NCBI GenBank assembly: GCA_965214705.1
Contig: OZ243972.1
Location: 2,176,001-2,240,000, forward strand
Source of the DNA: Alphaproteobacteria bacterium
Lineage (GTDB): Bacteria; Pseudomonadota; Alphaproteobacteria; UBA828
Direction of reading: 5' to 3'
Length of the DNA: 64,000 bases
Shown here: piece by piece, positions 19,752-32,600 of the stretch
How positions within the stretch are numbered: the first letter of the stretch is position 1
How the letters are laid out: the number at the start of each line of letters is the position of its first letter
Program-made: the position numbers and the translations under genes
The notes under the pieces: generated by a model
The model's database searches: none
Told to the model about the DNA's origin: nothing
What the model saw: the letters and a program-made list of their open reading frames with translations, nothing else

Positions 19752-21268
19752 GTCGTAATGCCCAGCTTCTCGGCAAGCCCGATGCGCTGCAGCTTGCCGG
19801 TCGCGCCCTTGGGAATCTCGTCGCGGAAGAGGATCGTGCGCGGCACCTTGAAGTCCGCGAGTGACTCGGCGGCGAAGGCGCGGAGCTCCCGCTCGCCCGC
19901 TTCGGCGCCCTCGCGCAGCACGATCACCGCCGCCACGTCCTCGCCGAGTTTCGCGTGCGGCACGGCGAAGGCCACCGCCTGGGCCACCGCCGGGTGGCCC
20001 ATCAGCACATCGTCCACCTCGCGCGGCGCGATCTTCTCGCCGCCCCGGTTGATGATCTCCTTGAGCCGGCCGGTGAGCGTGAGATAGCCGGCCCCGTCGA
20101 TCACCCCCTGATCGCCGGTGCGGAACCAGCCGTTCGAGAACGCCGCCGCGTTGGCCTCCGGGTTGCTCTCGTAGCCGTGGGTGACGTTCGGGCCGCGGAT
20201 TACCACCTCGCCCTCGGTACCCGGCGCCTGCAGCGCGCCGGCCTCGTCCATGATCGCGACCTCGGGCCCGGCGGCGATTCCCACCCCGCCCGGCCTGCGC
20301 TCGGCCGGCGGCATCGGGTTGCTGGTCATCTGGTGGGAGGCCTCGGTCATGCCGTAGGACTCGATCACCGGCGCATCGAAGGTCGCCTCGAGCTCCTCCA
20401 TCACCGGCGCCGGCAGCGAGGAGGAGGAGGAGCGCAGCAGCCGCAGCCTGCGGCGCGCCACGATCTCCTTGTTGCGCGCAGCCCGCGCGAGGATCGCCTG
20501 GTGCATGGTGGGCACGGCGGTGAGCCAAGTGGGCACCATCTCGTCGAGCCAGGCGAAGACGCGGAGCGCGTTGAAGCCCGGTGTGCAGATCACGCAGGCG
20601 CCCGCGTACAGCGAGGCCATCACGCCCGCCATCAGCCCGTGGATGTGGAAGAGCGGCATGATGTTGAGGCAACGATCGCCCGGCTCCAGCGAGATCCAGT
20701 CCGCGATGTTGCGCGCCGAGGCGCACAGATTCGCGCCGGTCAGCGGTACGATCTTGGGCCGGGACGTGGTGCCCGAGGTGTGGAGCACCAATGCGGCATC
20801 GTCCCTACCGTTCCCATCACCCTCCGCCGCTGCGCCCGACGGCGCATCCAGGGTGAAAGTGCCGGCACCCGCACCGCTGTCCGGCGTGAGCCCGATGATC
20901 GGCACGCCCACGCGCTCCGCCGCCTCGATGGCCGGGGTCTCCGCGCCGGCCTCCAGGATCAGTGCCCTGGCCCGGAGGTCTTCAAGGTAGAAGGCGAACT
21001 CGTCCACCCGGTAGGCGGGGTTGAGCGGCGCCGCCGTGGCGTGCGCGGCGGTGGCGAGGAAGGCCGCCGCCATCTCCGGCCCGTTGGGGAGCACGATGGC
21101 CACCCGGTCGCCCTTCCCGATGCCCGCTCGGCCGAGCGCAGCGCCCGTTCGGCCGACCTGCTCGCGCAAGCCGCTATACGTCAGCGGCTCCCGCTCCGGC
21201 GCCGCGATGGCGATGTCGTCCCGCGCGCCCCGCTCCAGCAGCGCGTGGATGTCGGTGGGGTCAGGCAC
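19748..21268 (-). CDS. Acyl-CoA synthetase, oxalate--CoA ligase (AAE3-like)
   Basis: [39 protein letters not shown]. Confidence 0.88.
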   Translation of the reverse strand: MPDPTDIHALLERGARDDIAIAAPEREPLTYSGLREQVGRTGAALGRAGIGKGDRVAIVLPNGPEMAAAFLATAAHATAAPLNPAYRVDEFAFYLEDLRARALILEAGAETPAIEAAERVGVPIIGLTPDSGAGAGTFTLDAPSGAAAEGDGNGRDDAALVLHTSGTTSRPKIVPLTGANLCASARNIADWISLEPGDRCLNIMPLFHIHGLMAGVMASLYAGACVICTPGFNALRVFAWLDEMVPTWLTAVPTMHQAILARAARNKEIVARRRLRLLRSSSSSLPAPVMEELEATFDAPVIESYGMTEASHQMTSNPMPPAERRPGGVGIAAGPEVAIMDEAGALQAPGTEGEVVIRGPNVTHGYESNPEANAAAFSNGWFRTGDQGVIDGAGYLTLTGRLKEIINRGGEKIAPREVDDVLMGHPAVAQAVAFAVPHAKLGEDVAAVIVLREGAEAGERELRAFAAESLADFKVPRTILFRDEIPKGATGKLQRIGLAEKLGITT

Positions 21269-21304
21269 GGGTCCGGGCCGCCAGCAGCCAGCGATGCGTC
21301 CGTC

Positions 21305-23251
<1,947 letters not shown>

Positions 23252-23313
23252 CGTGGCGCAACGCCTCCCTCAAGGATTGGCCGACCGTCTCGGCGCGGCC
23301 GGATTATATACGG

Positions 23314-23649
23314 TTAGAGTTCTACGGCGACTGCATCGCCCTCGATGGAGACCGGGAGTTGCCGCAGGTCCTCGCCGATGCAGGGGCCGGAGAGGCAGTG
23401 CCCGTCCTCGATGCGGAAGAGTGCGCCGTGGGTGGCGCAGAGGATCATGTCCTTCTCGCGGGTGAGGAACTGGTCCGGCACCCAGTCGAGCGGGCCAGCG
23501 GTGTGTGGGCACGAATTCTCGTAGGCCCGCACCGTGTCGCCCGTGCGCACGACGAAGACCGAGTGCAGCGCGTCGCCCTCGCGAAAGTCGAAGCCCCTGG
23601 AGCCCGGATCGGGAATCTCGGCGAGCCGGCAGAGCACACGGCGGGGCAT
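23314..23649 (-). CDS. Rieske (2Fe-2S) ferredoxin
   Basis: CPH...CATHGALF....GPC Rieske ligands. Confidence 0.9.
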   Translation of the reverse strand: MPRRVLCRLAEIPDPGSRGFDFREGDALHSVFVVRTGDTVRAYENSCPHTAGPLDWVPDQFLTREKDMILCATHGALFRIEDGHCLSGPCIGEDLRQLPVSIEGDAVAVEL

Positions 23650-23679
23650 GGCGCAGGGACCGTTCGGGCCGCGTCGCCT

Positions 23680-25008
23680 TCAGGCGGCTTCGCGCTCGAC
23701 CGTCCGCAGGCTCGCCAGCACGGCGTCGGCGAAGTGGTCGATCTCCGCCTCCTCCATCGGGGTGGAGAGGCACGCCATGCCGGAGACCGAGGTCACGACG
23801 CCGTGGTTGAGCAGCGCGCGGAACAGCGCATCGAGCCTCCGCGCGCGCCCCTCGGTCCCGGCGCGGTAGACGGCGCGGTAATCGGTGAGCGGCTCGTCAC
23901 TCATGTGGAAGAGGATGAGCGAGCCTTCGCCGGTCACCTGCCCCTCGCAGCCGGCGATGCGGAAGGCCTCGCGCAGCTTGGCGCGCGCGCTCTCGCCGAG
24001 CGCGTTCAGCCGCTCGACGTTCTCGGCCGTGAACATGCGCATCGCCGCAACGCCCGCGGCCATGGAGAGCGGATTGGCCGTGAACGTGCCGGACTGCGGG
24101 CAGGCGGCCTTGCCGGCGCTGCTGTCGTAGACCGCCATCGCTTCCTCGGTGCCCGCCACCGCGCCGATGGGCAGACCGCCGCCGATCACCTTGCCAAGGG
24201 TGGTAAGGTCGGGCTCGAACCCATAGAGGGTCTGGGCGCCGCGCTCGTGCAGGCGGAAGGTGATTACCTCGTCGTCGATGATGAGCGCGCCGGACGAGCG
24301 GCGGAAGTCGTGCAGCATGTCGATGTAGGCCGGGCTCATCGGCGCGCCGCCGCAGCGGGCCGGCACCAGGTCGATCAGCACGGCGGCAAGCTCGTCGGCA
24401 TGGCGCTCCAGGATCGCGCGAGTCCCCGCCACGTCGTTGAAGGGGATGATCACCGCGTCCTGCAGCAGCCCGGCGGGCGTGCCCTTGGCGCAGCCCACCG
24501 GGCGCGGCCGGTCGGTGCCCCAGTTCTGCGGGTCCGGGTCGAGGCTTGCCTCGGCGTAGTCGTAAGCGCCGTGGTAGACGCCCTCGCACTTGGCGATCTT
24601 GGGCCGCCCGGTGAAGGCGCGCGCACCCTTGATGGCGTGCATCACTGCTTCCGTGCCGGTGTTGGTGAAGCGGATGTGCTGGAGCGACGGCGCCAGGCCG
24701 CAGATTTGCTCGGCCAGCTCGATCTCGCTCTCCGTCGCCAGCGTGAGCGACATGAAACGCTCGGCCTGTGTCACCACCGCCTCGACGATGGCCGGGTGCG
24801 AGTGGCCGAAGAGCTGGACCGTGTAGTTGTTGATGAAGTCGATCCGCTCCACGCCATCCACGTCGATGACGCGGCAGCCGTGCGCCTCCTTCGCGTAGAT
24901 CGGATAGGGCGAGAGCTGCGTGAGGCCGCGCGTGCCGCCGCCGGGGAACACCGCGCGCGCCCGCGCGCCGAGCGCGGCTGAGCGCGAGTGCGGATCGGGA
25001 TACGCCAT
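23680..25008 (-). CDS. Class III PLP aminotransferase (GSA-aminomutase/beta-transaminase-like)
   Basis: PGGGTR, FTNTGTEA, YHG, DEVITFR, LGKVIGGGLP, SGTF. Confidence 0.88.
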   Translation of the reverse strand: MAYPDPHSRSAALGARARAVFPGGGTRGLTQLSPYPIYAKEAHGCRVIDVDGVERIDFINNYTVQLFGHSHPAIVEAVVTQAERFMSLTLATESEIELAEQICGLAPSLQHIRFTNTGTEAVMHAIKGARAFTGRPKIAKCEGVYHGAYDYAEASLDPDPQNWGTDRPRPVGCAKGTPAGLLQDAVIIPFNDVAGTRAILERHADELAAVLIDLVPARCGGAPMSPAYIDMLHDFRRSSGALIIDDEVITFRLHERGAQTLYGFEPDLTTLGKVIGGGLPIGAVAGTEEAMAVYDSSAGKAACPQSGTFTANPLSMAAGVAAMRMFTAENVERLNALGESARAKLREAFRIAGCEGQVTGEGSLILFHMSDEPLTDYRAVYRAGTEGRARRLDALFRALLNHGVVTSVSGMACLSTPMEEAEIDHFADAVLASLRTVEREAA

Positions 25009-25145
25009 GGCCGAGTCTCCTGCCGGGGGGATGCGCCCGCGCGAGAGCCTTCCGCGCCGTCGCCGCGCACGCCCTCAGCGAGCCGGCGCCACAATGCGCT
25101 CATCCCGTGCCGTAGGCAAGCGCGTGCGGGCGTAGCGGTGGGGCC

Positions 25146-26378
25146 TTACGGCTCCTTGTCGGGGAACAGCCCCGGCAGCCAGCGCGAGGCGAGCCTGGCT
25201 GGGAAGGCGAGGCGGAGCGGTGCGCGCGAGCTGTCTGAGGCCAGAATGTCTTGCGCGACGAGCGCCGCGGTGATGCGCCGCGCCTGGCGCTCCCCAGTTC
25301 CCAGGAGTTGAGAGACCTCGCCTCGGGGAAGGTCGCCGCGATAGAGGATGGCCTGGAGGACAACGCCGGATTTCTGGGGCAGGACGCCGGCCCTGATCTC
25401 CTCCTCGGCCCAGATCAGGATGCGGTGGCGCAGACGGTCCGGCTGCACGAGCCCTTCCATGAAGTCGACCTGATCGATGCACGCGGTCAGGAAGAAGCGC
25501 GTGAACCCGGCCAGCGCCTCTTCGCTCAGGTGGCCTCGTCCGTCGAGGTCGTTGCGCCGCGTCGCGTCGCAGGCCATGAGCTGGCCCTTGTAGGTGTCTT
25601 CGCTGCGGGCAAAATCGCGGGCGATGGACCAGACGCCGCCGGTATCCAAGCTCTCCAGCAGCATCGCGTGGGACATCAGCCGCGCCACGCGGCCGTTGCC
25701 GTCCAGGAACGGGTGAATCCAGAGCAAACGATGGTGGGCGGCGGCGGTGGCCAGAATGCTGTCCGTCCTGCCGAGCCCGGTGTACGCCGTTTCGAAGCGC
25801 TCCAGGAAGCGTGGCAGCGCGCCCGGACTGACCGGCACATGGTGGCCCACCTTGACATCGCGCTCACGGAGCGCGCCCGGGACCACGGCGATGCTCTCGC
25901 CGGTCGCCGGGTCTTCTGCACGGAGCAGGCCCTCGGGGACCGCCTCGCAGAAGCGCCGATGGATGTCGACTAGGCCGTCGCGGCTCGCGGCACGGCTGCC
26001 CAATCCGCCCCGGTCGATCCATGTCTGAACGGCGATGTGGGCCCTGGCTTCGAGCTGAAGATTGCGCTTGCCGGCATCGGCGCTGTAATCGTCCCGCAGC
26101 GCGCGCTCGATGTCGATCGGGTGCGTGTCGTGGCCCTCGATCAGGTTGCTGTAGTAGCAGTTCATGGCCCGCACGAGATCGGCCAGCGCGGCGAGCACGC
26201 CCTCCGGCAGGCTGCGGCGGAAGCCCGCTGCCTTGCTGGCCAGTTCCACCGCGAGGTCCGTCAACCCGGTGCGGTGTGGCGAGCCCTCGCCCACCACCAG
26301 CGGCTCCATCAAGGCCACCGATTCGCCGCGGTCTGATACTCGTGTGTCCGGTTTCATGTCTTCTGAAGAGTTGACCAT
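25146..26378 (-). CDS. Fic family protein
   Basis: Canonical HPFLDGNGRVAR; N-terminal SNLIEG inhibitory motif; C-terminal HTH-like segment. Confidence 0.92.
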   Translation of the reverse strand: MVNSSEDMKPDTRVSDRGESVALMEPLVVGEGSPHRTGLTDLAVELASKAAGFRRSLPEGVLAALADLVRAMNCYYSNLIEGHDTHPIDIERALRDDYSADAGKRNLQLEARAHIAVQTWIDRGGLGSRAASRDGLVDIHRRFCEAVPEGLLRAEDPATGESIAVVPGALRERDVKVGHHVPVSPGALPRFLERFETAYTGLGRTDSILATAAAHHRLLWIHPFLDGNGRVARLMSHAMLLESLDTGGVWSIARDFARSEDTYKGQLMACDATRRNDLDGRGHLSEEALAGFTRFFLTACIDQVDFMEGLVQPDRLRHRILIWAEEEIRAGVLPQKSGVVLQAILYRGDLPRGEVSQLLGTGERQARRITAALVAQDILASDSSRAPLRLAFPARLASRWLPGLFPDKEP

Positions 26379-26382
26379 AAGC

Positions 26383-26436
26383 GACGATATTAGAGTATAT
26401 TAGACGATATTCAAGCTCCGATATGACCTCATATTA
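26383..26436. repeat. AT-rich decamer repeats upstream of fic
   Basis: gacgatatta/gagtatatta/gacgatattc (26383-26412) plus ATAT at 26421 and ATATTA at 26431. Confidence 0.6.
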
Positions 26437-26592
26437 GACCGCTTTCATGTCCCCTTTCTCCAGTCGGCTAAGAGGAGGTGCTTCCTGCACGACAAGCCAG
26501 CGCGAGCGGTGTGCGGTGGCACATTCCGCGCGCGTCTGTTACATGCCGCTGCCGTGGCCGCCGGTAGCGGCTAAACGTGTGAGACCGGTGGA

Positions 26593-27600
26593 ATGAGCGA
26601 CGAGGTTCTCGAGGTCGGCAAGCTGCCGCCGGAACTCCTGGCCGAGGTGCTGGTGACGGGGCGGCCCGTGCCGCCCGAGCTGCTGCTGCCGCCGACGGTG
26701 GGCGAGGACGCGGGCGTCGTCGCCGTGCAGCGGGGCGCCTTGATCGCCGCCAGCGACCCGGTGACGCTGACCGGGCAGGATGTCGGCGCCCATGCGGTGC
26801 TGGTGAACGCGAACGACATCGCGGTCATGGGCGCCAGACCCCGTTGGTTCTTGGCGACGGTCCTGCTGCCGCCGGGGATCACGGCGGACGCGGTGCGCGC
26901 GCTCTATCGGCGCATGCACGAGGCGCTGGCAGATATCGACGCCGTGCTGGTGGGCGGTCATGTCGAGGTTACCGACGCAGTCCGACGCACCGTGGTCGTG
27001 GGCCACATGTTGGGGCTCCGGCAGGACGGCAATTTCGCCCGCACCGCCGCGCTGGAGCCGGGGCATGTGGTGGTGCAGATCGGCCCCGCGCCGGTGGAGG
27101 GCGCCGCCGTGCTCGCGGCCGAAGCGCGGACGCAGCTGGAGGGCAAGGTTGCTGCCGCGACTCTGGCAGAGGCCGCAGGCGCGCTGAGCGACCCCGGCAT
27201 CTCGGTGGTGGATGCCGCGCTCGGTGCCACGACGCTCGGGGCCTCTGCCATGCACGACCCCACCGAGGGCGGACTCTCCGCCGGGCTCTATGAGATGGCG
27301 GAGACGGCGGGCGTCGAGCTCGTGGTCTCGGCCGACGCCGTGCTCTGGTACGAGCCGGGCCGCATCCTGTCGGAGGCGCTGGGGATCGACCCCTGGGGCC
27401 TGCTCGCCTCCGGCGCCCTGCTCGCGGCCTTCCCCGCCGGCGGCGCCGAGGAAGCGCTGGCAACGCTTACCGCCGAGGGTTTCGCTTGCGCGCCTATCGC
27501 CCGAGTCCAAGCGGGAAGTGGCGTTAGATTCGAGTCAGGCGGCGCAGTGCCGCGCTTCGCCCGCGATGAGGTAATCCGCGCATTCAGCACCGAGGGGTAA
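26593..27600 (+). CDS. AIR synthase-related protein (HypE/ThiL superfamily)
   Basis: GKLPPE, GEDA, NANDIAVMGA, VGGHVEVT, MHDPTEGG. Confidence 0.88.
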   Translation: MSDEVLEVGKLPPELLAEVLVTGRPVPPELLLPPTVGEDAGVVAVQRGALIAASDPVTLTGQDVGAHAVLVNANDIAVMGARPRWFLATVLLPPGITADAVRALYRRMHEALADIDAVLVGGHVEVTDAVRRTVVVGHMLGLRQDGNFARTAALEPGHVVVQIGPAPVEGAAVLAAEARTQLEGKVAAATLAEAAGALSDPGISVVDAALGATTLGASAMHDPTEGGLSAGLYEMAETAGVELVVSADAVLWYEPGRILSEALGIDPWGLLASGALLAAFPAGGAEEALATLTAEGFACAPIARVQAGSGVRFESGGAVPRFARDEVIRAFSTEG

Positions 27601-27611
27601 AGGGGCGGCGT

Positions 27612-28427
27612 TCAGGCCGCGCAGTAGTCCGCGTCCGTGCTTTCGGCGCTGGAAAGGTCGACGATGCTGGGCCGCTCGCCGCAGAGCGCGCACGCCGGGT
27701 CGGGCTTCACCTTGATCTTGCGGAAGACCGCGGCGAGCCCGTCGTAGACGATCAGGCTGCCGGAGAGGCTCTCGCCGATCCCGAGCAGTTCCTTCAGCAC
27801 CTCGGTCGCCTGTAGCGAGCCCATGGAGCCCGCCACAGCGCCGAGGATGCCGCCCTCCGCGCAGGAGGGGATCAGCCCCGGCGGCGGCGCCTCGGGAAAG
27901 ATGCAGCGGTAGCAGGGGTTGTCGCCCCCGAGATGGGCCTTGAAGGTCGCAAGCTGGCCGTCGAAGCGCAGGATCGAGGCCGAGACCAGGGTGGTCTGCG
28001 ACAGGTAGCAGGCATCGTTGATGAGGAAGCGCGTCGCGAAGTTGTCGCTGCCGTCGGCGACCAGATCGTAGCGCCCGATCAGGTCCATGGCGTTGTCGGG
28101 TGCAAGCCGCACCGGGTGGCACTCGACCGTCACGTCCGGGTTGATCCGCGCCACGGTCTCGGCCGCGCTCTCGGTCTTGGGATGGCCGATCCGCGCCTCG
28201 GTGTGGGCGATCTGCCGCTGCAGGTTGGAGAGCGCCACCGCGTCGTCGTCGACCACGCCGATGGTGCCGACGCCCGCCGCCGCGAGATAGAGCATGAGCG
28301 GCGAGCCGAGCCCGCCGGCGCCGACCACCAGCACCTTCGAGTCCAGCAGCTTCTGCTGGCCGGGCCCGCCCACCTCCTGCAGTAGAATGTGGCGGGCGTA
28401 GCGCTCCAGCTGGCGTTCGTTGAACAT
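27612..28427 (-). CDS. moeB: MoeB/ThiF family adenylyltransferase
   Basis: RYARHI, GAGGLG, SNLQRQ, DGSDNF, CYRC, CAEGG, CALC. Confidence 0.9.
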   Translation of the reverse strand: MFNERQLERYARHILLQEVGGPGQQKLLDSKVLVVGAGGLGSPLMLYLAAAGVGTIGVVDDDAVALSNLQRQIAHTEARIGHPKTESAAETVARINPDVTVECHPVRLAPDNAMDLIGRYDLVADGSDNFATRFLINDACYLSQTTLVSASILRFDGQLATFKAHLGGDNPCYRCIFPEAPPPGLIPSCAEGGILGAVAGSMGSLQATEVLKELLGIGESLSGSLIVYDGLAAVFRKIKVKPDPACALCGERPSIVDLSSAESTDADYCAA

Positions 28428-28436
28428 GGCGGCGTC

Positions 28437-29459
28437 CTACAACCCCGCGAAGAGGTCGGTGGACAGATAGCGCTCGGCGAAGGAGGGCACGATGACGAGG
28501 ATGCGCTTGCCCGCCATCTCCTCGCGCGCGCCGACCTGGAGCGCCGCGGCGATGGCAGCGCCCGAGGAGATGCCCACCGGGATGCCTTCCAGCCGCGCCA
28601 CCCGCCGGGCGGTCTCGATGGCGGTCTCGTCGCTGATCTGGATCAGCTCGTCGATCACCGAGCGGTCGAGCACGTCCGGCACGAAACCCGCGCCGATACC
28701 CTGAATCTTGTGCGGCCCCGCCGGTGCGCCGGAAAGCACGGCGCTCGCCGCGGGCTCGACCCCGATCAGCTTGAGCGCCGGCAGGCGCGGCTTCAGCACC
28801 TGGCCGATGCCGGTCACCGTGCCGCCGGTGCCGACGCCGCAGACGATGGCATCGAGTTCGCCGCCGGTATCGCGCCAGATCTCCTCGGCGGTGGTCACGC
28901 GGTGGATCGCCGGGTTGGCGGGGTTCTCGAACTGCTGGAGCATCACGGCGCCGTCGATCTCGTCGACCAGCTCTTCGGCGCGCGCGAGCGCGCCGGGGAT
29001 GCCCTTGGCCGCCGGGGTCAGCTCCAGCTCGGCGCCCATAAACAGGAGGATGCGGCGGCGCTCGATGGACATACTCTCCGGCATGGTGAGGATGAGCCGG
29101 TAGCCCTTGGCCGCCGCCACGAAGGCCAGAGCGATTCCGGTGTTGCCCGAGGTGGGCTCGACCAGCACCGAGCGGCCGGGCTCGATCCTGCCCTCGGCCT
29201 CCGCCGCCTCGATCATGGAGACCCCGATGCGGTCCTTGACCGAGGCGAGGGGGTTGAAGAATTCCAGCTTGCCGACGATCTCGGCGCCGCAGCCGGCCTC
29301 GGCGGGCAGGCGGTTGAAGCGCACCAGCGGCGTGGAGCCGATGGTCTCGGCGATGCTGTCGTAAATGCGCCCGCGCACCGCTGGCGGCGGCGCCGTGACG
29401 GCGGGGGCGGTCTCGTCTGGGTGGTCTCGTGCCATGGTCCGCTCGGATCGCTCGCTCAT
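28437..29459 (-). CDS. cysK: Cysteine synthase A
   Basis: [42 protein letters not shown]; start may be 29435. Confidence 0.95.
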   Translation of the reverse strand: MSERSERTMARDHPDETAPAVTAPPPAVRGRIYDSIAETIGSTPLVRFNRLPAEAGCGAEIVGKLEFFNPLASVKDRIGVSMIEAAEAEGRIEPGRSVLVEPTSGNTGIALAFVAAAKGYRLILTMPESMSIERRRILLFMGAELELTPAAKGIPGALARAEELVDEIDGAVMLQQFENPANPAIHRVTTAEEIWRDTGGELDAIVCGVGTGGTVTGIGQVLKPRLPALKLIGVEPAASAVLSGAPAGPHKIQGIGAGFVPDVLDRSVIDELIQISDETAIETARRVARLEGIPVGISSGAAIAAALQVGAREEMAGKRILVIVPSFAERYLSTDLFAGL

Positions 29460-29552
29460 GCAGCCTTGCGGTCGCCTCGCCGCCCAACCGGCCAGCGAGG
29501 AGCGCCGAGCAGACGCGCTAGTGCGGCCGGCGGTAACTCACCGACCGCCGTA

Positions 29553-29825
29553 TCACTTGGCAGCTATAGAGCAGCCTCTCTTCTTGACCTTCGGGGTTGC
29601 GTCCTCGTCGAGGGCCGTGGAAGCAACGTGTGTGGCGTCCGTCTGGTCGACGCTCGCCTGAGTCTTGCCGCCCTCCGCCTCGATCGAGACCAACTCGAGT
29701 TGCGCGTCGTCCGCGAGCGCCTCGCCGCCGGGATGGCTCGTGAACGCTGCCACCGCCAAGCCTGCGACAAACGCCATGGACAGCACGGCCCCGACACCAA
29801 ACCGACCTCTGCGCCTCATCGTCAT
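29553..29825 (-). CDS. Small hypothetical exported or membrane-anchored protein
   Basis: AAGGGGG RBS; basic-hydrophobic N-terminus; fills the dut-cysK gap on the same strand. Confidence 0.55.
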   Translation of the reverse strand: MTMRRRGRFGVGAVLSMAFVAGLAVAAFTSHPGGEALADDAQLELVSIEAEGGKTQASVDQTDATHVASTALDEDATPKVKKRGCSIAAK

Positions 29826-29914
29826 GCTGGTCCCCCCTTCGTGACCGGCCCAGCGCGCTTCGGCGCCGGCAAGCCATTGTGCAATGCGGGACGAACGCGA
29901 TCAACGGCGTTCGC

Positions 29915-30403
29915 TCACCTCCGCGAGCCGTCGTCGCCCTTACGGCCCAGCCCGGTGGAGCCGAAGCCGCCGGCGCCTCTCTCGCTCGGCGGCACCTCGT
30001 CCTCCACCAGACGCGCGCGGCAGACCGACGAGATCACGAGCTGGGCGATACGCATGCCGCGCTCGACGACAAACGGGGCGTCGCCCCAATTGACCAGCAG
30101 CACGCCGATTTCGCCGCGATAGTCGGAATCGATGGTGCCGGGGGCGTTGAGCACGGTCACGCCATGCTTGAGCGCGAGGCCAGAGCGCGGCCTGATCTGC
30201 CCCTCGAAGCCCTCCGGCAGCGCCAGCGCGAGGCCGGTCCCGACCAGGGCGCGGGCGCCTGGCGCAAGCGTGAGCGGGCCGGTGGCAGCGTAAAGATCGA
30301 GGCCGGCGCTGCCCGTGCTTGCATAGCTCGGCAGCGGCAGGTCGCGGCCATGGGCGAGGCGCTGGACCGTGATCTCGACCGGCGCCTCCACCGGCGCGCT
30401 CAT
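29915..30403 (-). CDS. dut: dUTP diphosphatase
   Basis: [32 protein letters not shown]. Confidence 0.97.
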   Translation of the reverse strand: MSAPVEAPVEITVQRLAHGRDLPLPSYASTGSAGLDLYAATGPLTLAPGARALVGTGLALALPEGFEGQIRPRSGLALKHGVTVLNAPGTIDSDYRGEIGVLLVNWGDAPFVVERGMRIAQLVISSVCRARLVEDEVPPSERGAGGFGSTGLGRKGDDGSRR

Positions 30404-31689
30404 GCCGTCTCAGCGTCCGAGGAGAGCGCTTCGGCGATATGCTGCACCAGCCGCGCGGCGACCTCGGCCTTGCTCATGCGCGGCCACTGCTCCACCGCCG
30501 GCGCCCCGCCATTCTCGGCGCGCGTGAGGAGGAGTATGACATTTTCGTCGTCGCCGAAGACCGCGCCCTCCGCCACCTGATTGGCGAGGATCCAGTCGCA
30601 GCCCTTGGCCGCGAGCTTGGCGGCAGCGTTGGCTTCGACGTCCTCGGTCTCGGCGGCGAAACCCACGACCAGTCGCGGGCGCCTCGGGCCAGGGGCGCTG
30701 AGCGTGGCCAGAATGTCCGGGTTCTCTGTGAGCTCCAGCGTAGGAGCGCCGTCGCCCTGTCCCTCGCCCCTCCGGGGCTTCTTGATCTTCTGGTCCTGGG
30801 GCGCCGCCGCCCGCCAGTCCGAAACCGCCGCCGCGCAAATGGCGATGTCGGACGGCTGACCCTGCTCGCAGGCGGCCAACATCTCCTCGGCCGTCTCGAT
30901 GCGCACCGTCTCGACCCTCTCTGGCGCCGCCTCAGCCGTCGGGCCCGAGACGAGCAGCACGTCGGCGCCCGCCTCGGCGCAGGCGGCGGCGATGGCGTGG
31001 CCCTGCTTGCCGGAGGAGCGGTTGCCGAGGAAGCGCACCGGGTCGATAGGCTCGTAAGTCGGGCCGCTGGTGACCAAGACCCGCAGGCCGGCGAGGGAGC
31101 CGGAGCGGGCGGCCAGAACGTCGGCGATAGCGGCCACGATCTCCGGCACCTCGGCCATGCGGCCGGGGCCGCTTTCGCCCTCCGCGAGCGGGCCGTCGTT
31201 GGGGCCGACGAAGGCGACGCCGTCAGCCTCCAGCCGCGCGCGGTTGCGTTCGGTCGCGGGGTGCTGCCACATCCGCGTGTTCATGGCGGGCGCGACGAGC
31301 ACCGGCTTGTCCACCGCGATCAGGGTGGAGGTCGCGAGGTCATCGGCGATGCCGTGGGCCATCTTGGCCATGATGTCGGCAGTCGCGGGCGCCACCACCA
31401 CGATGTCGGCCTCCTGCCCGAGCCTGATGTGGGCGATCTCGCTGTCACCGGTGAGCGCGAGCGTGTCGGTGTAGACCGCTTGCCCAGCCAGGGTCTCGAC
31501 CGAGAGAGGCGTGACGAATTCGGCGCCGGCACGGGTGAGGATGCAGCGCACATGCGCCCCGTTCTCCCGCAGCCGCCGGATCAGGTCGAGGCACTTGTAG
31601 GCAGCGATGCCGCCCGCGATCGCCAGCAGGATTCGCCTGCCGCACAAAGCTGCGGCGTCCGCTCCGCCCCCGTTTTCCGCTTCCTGCAT
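30400..31689 (-). CDS. coaBC: Phosphopantothenoylcysteine decarboxylase/ligase
   Basis: [34 protein letters not shown]. Confidence 0.96.
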   Translation of the reverse strand: MQEAENGGGADAAALCGRRILLAIAGGIAAYKCLDLIRRLRENGAHVRCILTRAGAEFVTPLSVETLAGQAVYTDTLALTGDSEIAHIRLGQEADIVVVAPATADIMAKMAHGIADDLATSTLIAVDKPVLVAPAMNTRMWQHPATERNRARLEADGVAFVGPNDGPLAEGESGPGRMAEVPEIVAAIADVLAARSGSLAGLRVLVTSGPTYEPIDPVRFLGNRSSGKQGHAIAAACAEAGADVLLVSGPTAEAAPERVETVRIETAEEMLAACEQGQPSDIAICAAAVSDWRAAAPQDQKIKKPRRGEGQGDGAPTLELTENPDILATLSAPGPRRPRLVVGFAAETEDVEANAAAKLAAKGCDWILANQVAEGAVFGDDENVILLLTRAENGGAPAVEQWPRMSKAEVAARLVQHIAEALSSDAETA

Positions 31690-31743
31690 GCGATTACGCT
31701 AAGGGGGCCGGGCAAGCCCGGCAAGAGCCGCGCCAGCCGCCGC

Positions 31744-32595
31744 TCAGGGCCAGCGCACCTCAGGCGGCAGCGACATCAGGATCGCCTCGGTGTTGCCGCC
31801 GGTCTCCAGCCCGAAGCGCGTGCCGCGATCGTAGAGCAGGTTGAACTCGACGTAGCGGCCGCGGCGCGCGAGCTGGTGCGCGCGCTGCTCGTCGGTCCAG
31901 GGCTCGCCCATGCGGCGGCGCACGAGCTTCGGATAGATGTCCAGGAAGGCGCGGCCGACATCCTGGGTGAAGGCGAAGTCCGCCGCCCAGTCGCCTGTGT
32001 TGAGGTCGTCGTAGAAGATGCCGCCGACGCCGCGCGCCTCCTCGCGGTGGGGCAGGTAGAAGTATCGATCGCACCAGGCCTTGAAGCGCGGATAGTAGCC
32101 GGCGTCGTGGCGCGCGCAGGCTTGTTCCAGCGCCCCGTGGAAGTCCGCCGTATCGCGCTCGTCCGGGTAGATGGGCGTGAGATCGGTGCCGCCGCCGAAC
32201 CACCACGTGCTGGTGACGATGTGTCTGGTGTTCATGTGGACCGCCGGCACCAGCGGCGAGCGCATGTGGGCCACGACGGAGATGCCGCTTGCCCAGAAGC
32301 GGCCATCCTCGGCGGCGCCCGCGATCTTCTCGCGAAAGCTCTCAGAAAACGTGCCGTGGACGGTGGAGACGTTGACGCCCACCTTCTCGAACACCCGGCC
32401 CCGCATGAGCGACATCACGCCGCCGCCACCGCCGGGCCGCTCCCAAGGCTTGCGCTCGAAGCGGCCGGGACGGGAACCCGCCGTCTCTGCCTCGTCCTCG
32501 ATCGCTTCGAATGCGGCGCAGATTTCGTCCCGCAGCGCTTCGAACCAGGCCCTCGCCTGCTCTTGCCGCGCCGCTTCGTCGCCCGGATCGACCAC
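31744..32595 (-). CDS. hemF: Oxygen-dependent coproporphyrinogen III oxidase
   Basis: [37 protein letters not shown]. Confidence 0.96.
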   Translation of the reverse strand: MVDPGDEAARQEQARAWFEALRDEICAAFEAIEDEAETAGSRPGRFERKPWERPGGGGGVMSLMRGRVFEKVGVNVSTVHGTFSESFREKIAGAAEDGRFWASGISVVAHMRSPLVPAVHMNTRHIVTSTWWFGGGTDLTPIYPDERDTADFHGALEQACARHDAGYYPRFKAWCDRYFYLPHREEARGVGGIFYDDLNTGDWAADFAFTQDVGRAFLDIYPKLVRRRMGEPWTDEQRAHQLARRGRYVEFNLLYDRGTRFGLETGGNTEAILMSLPPEVRWP

Positions 32596-32600
32596 GGGGG

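Noticed and set aside
26593-29825. MoeB + CysK + AIR-synthase-like + small protein as a sulfur-carrier or RiPP system
   Set aside because: The small protein lacks a C-terminal Gly-Gly, the AIR synthase gene is convergent, and dut-cysK-moeB clustering is ordinary in Alphaproteobacteria
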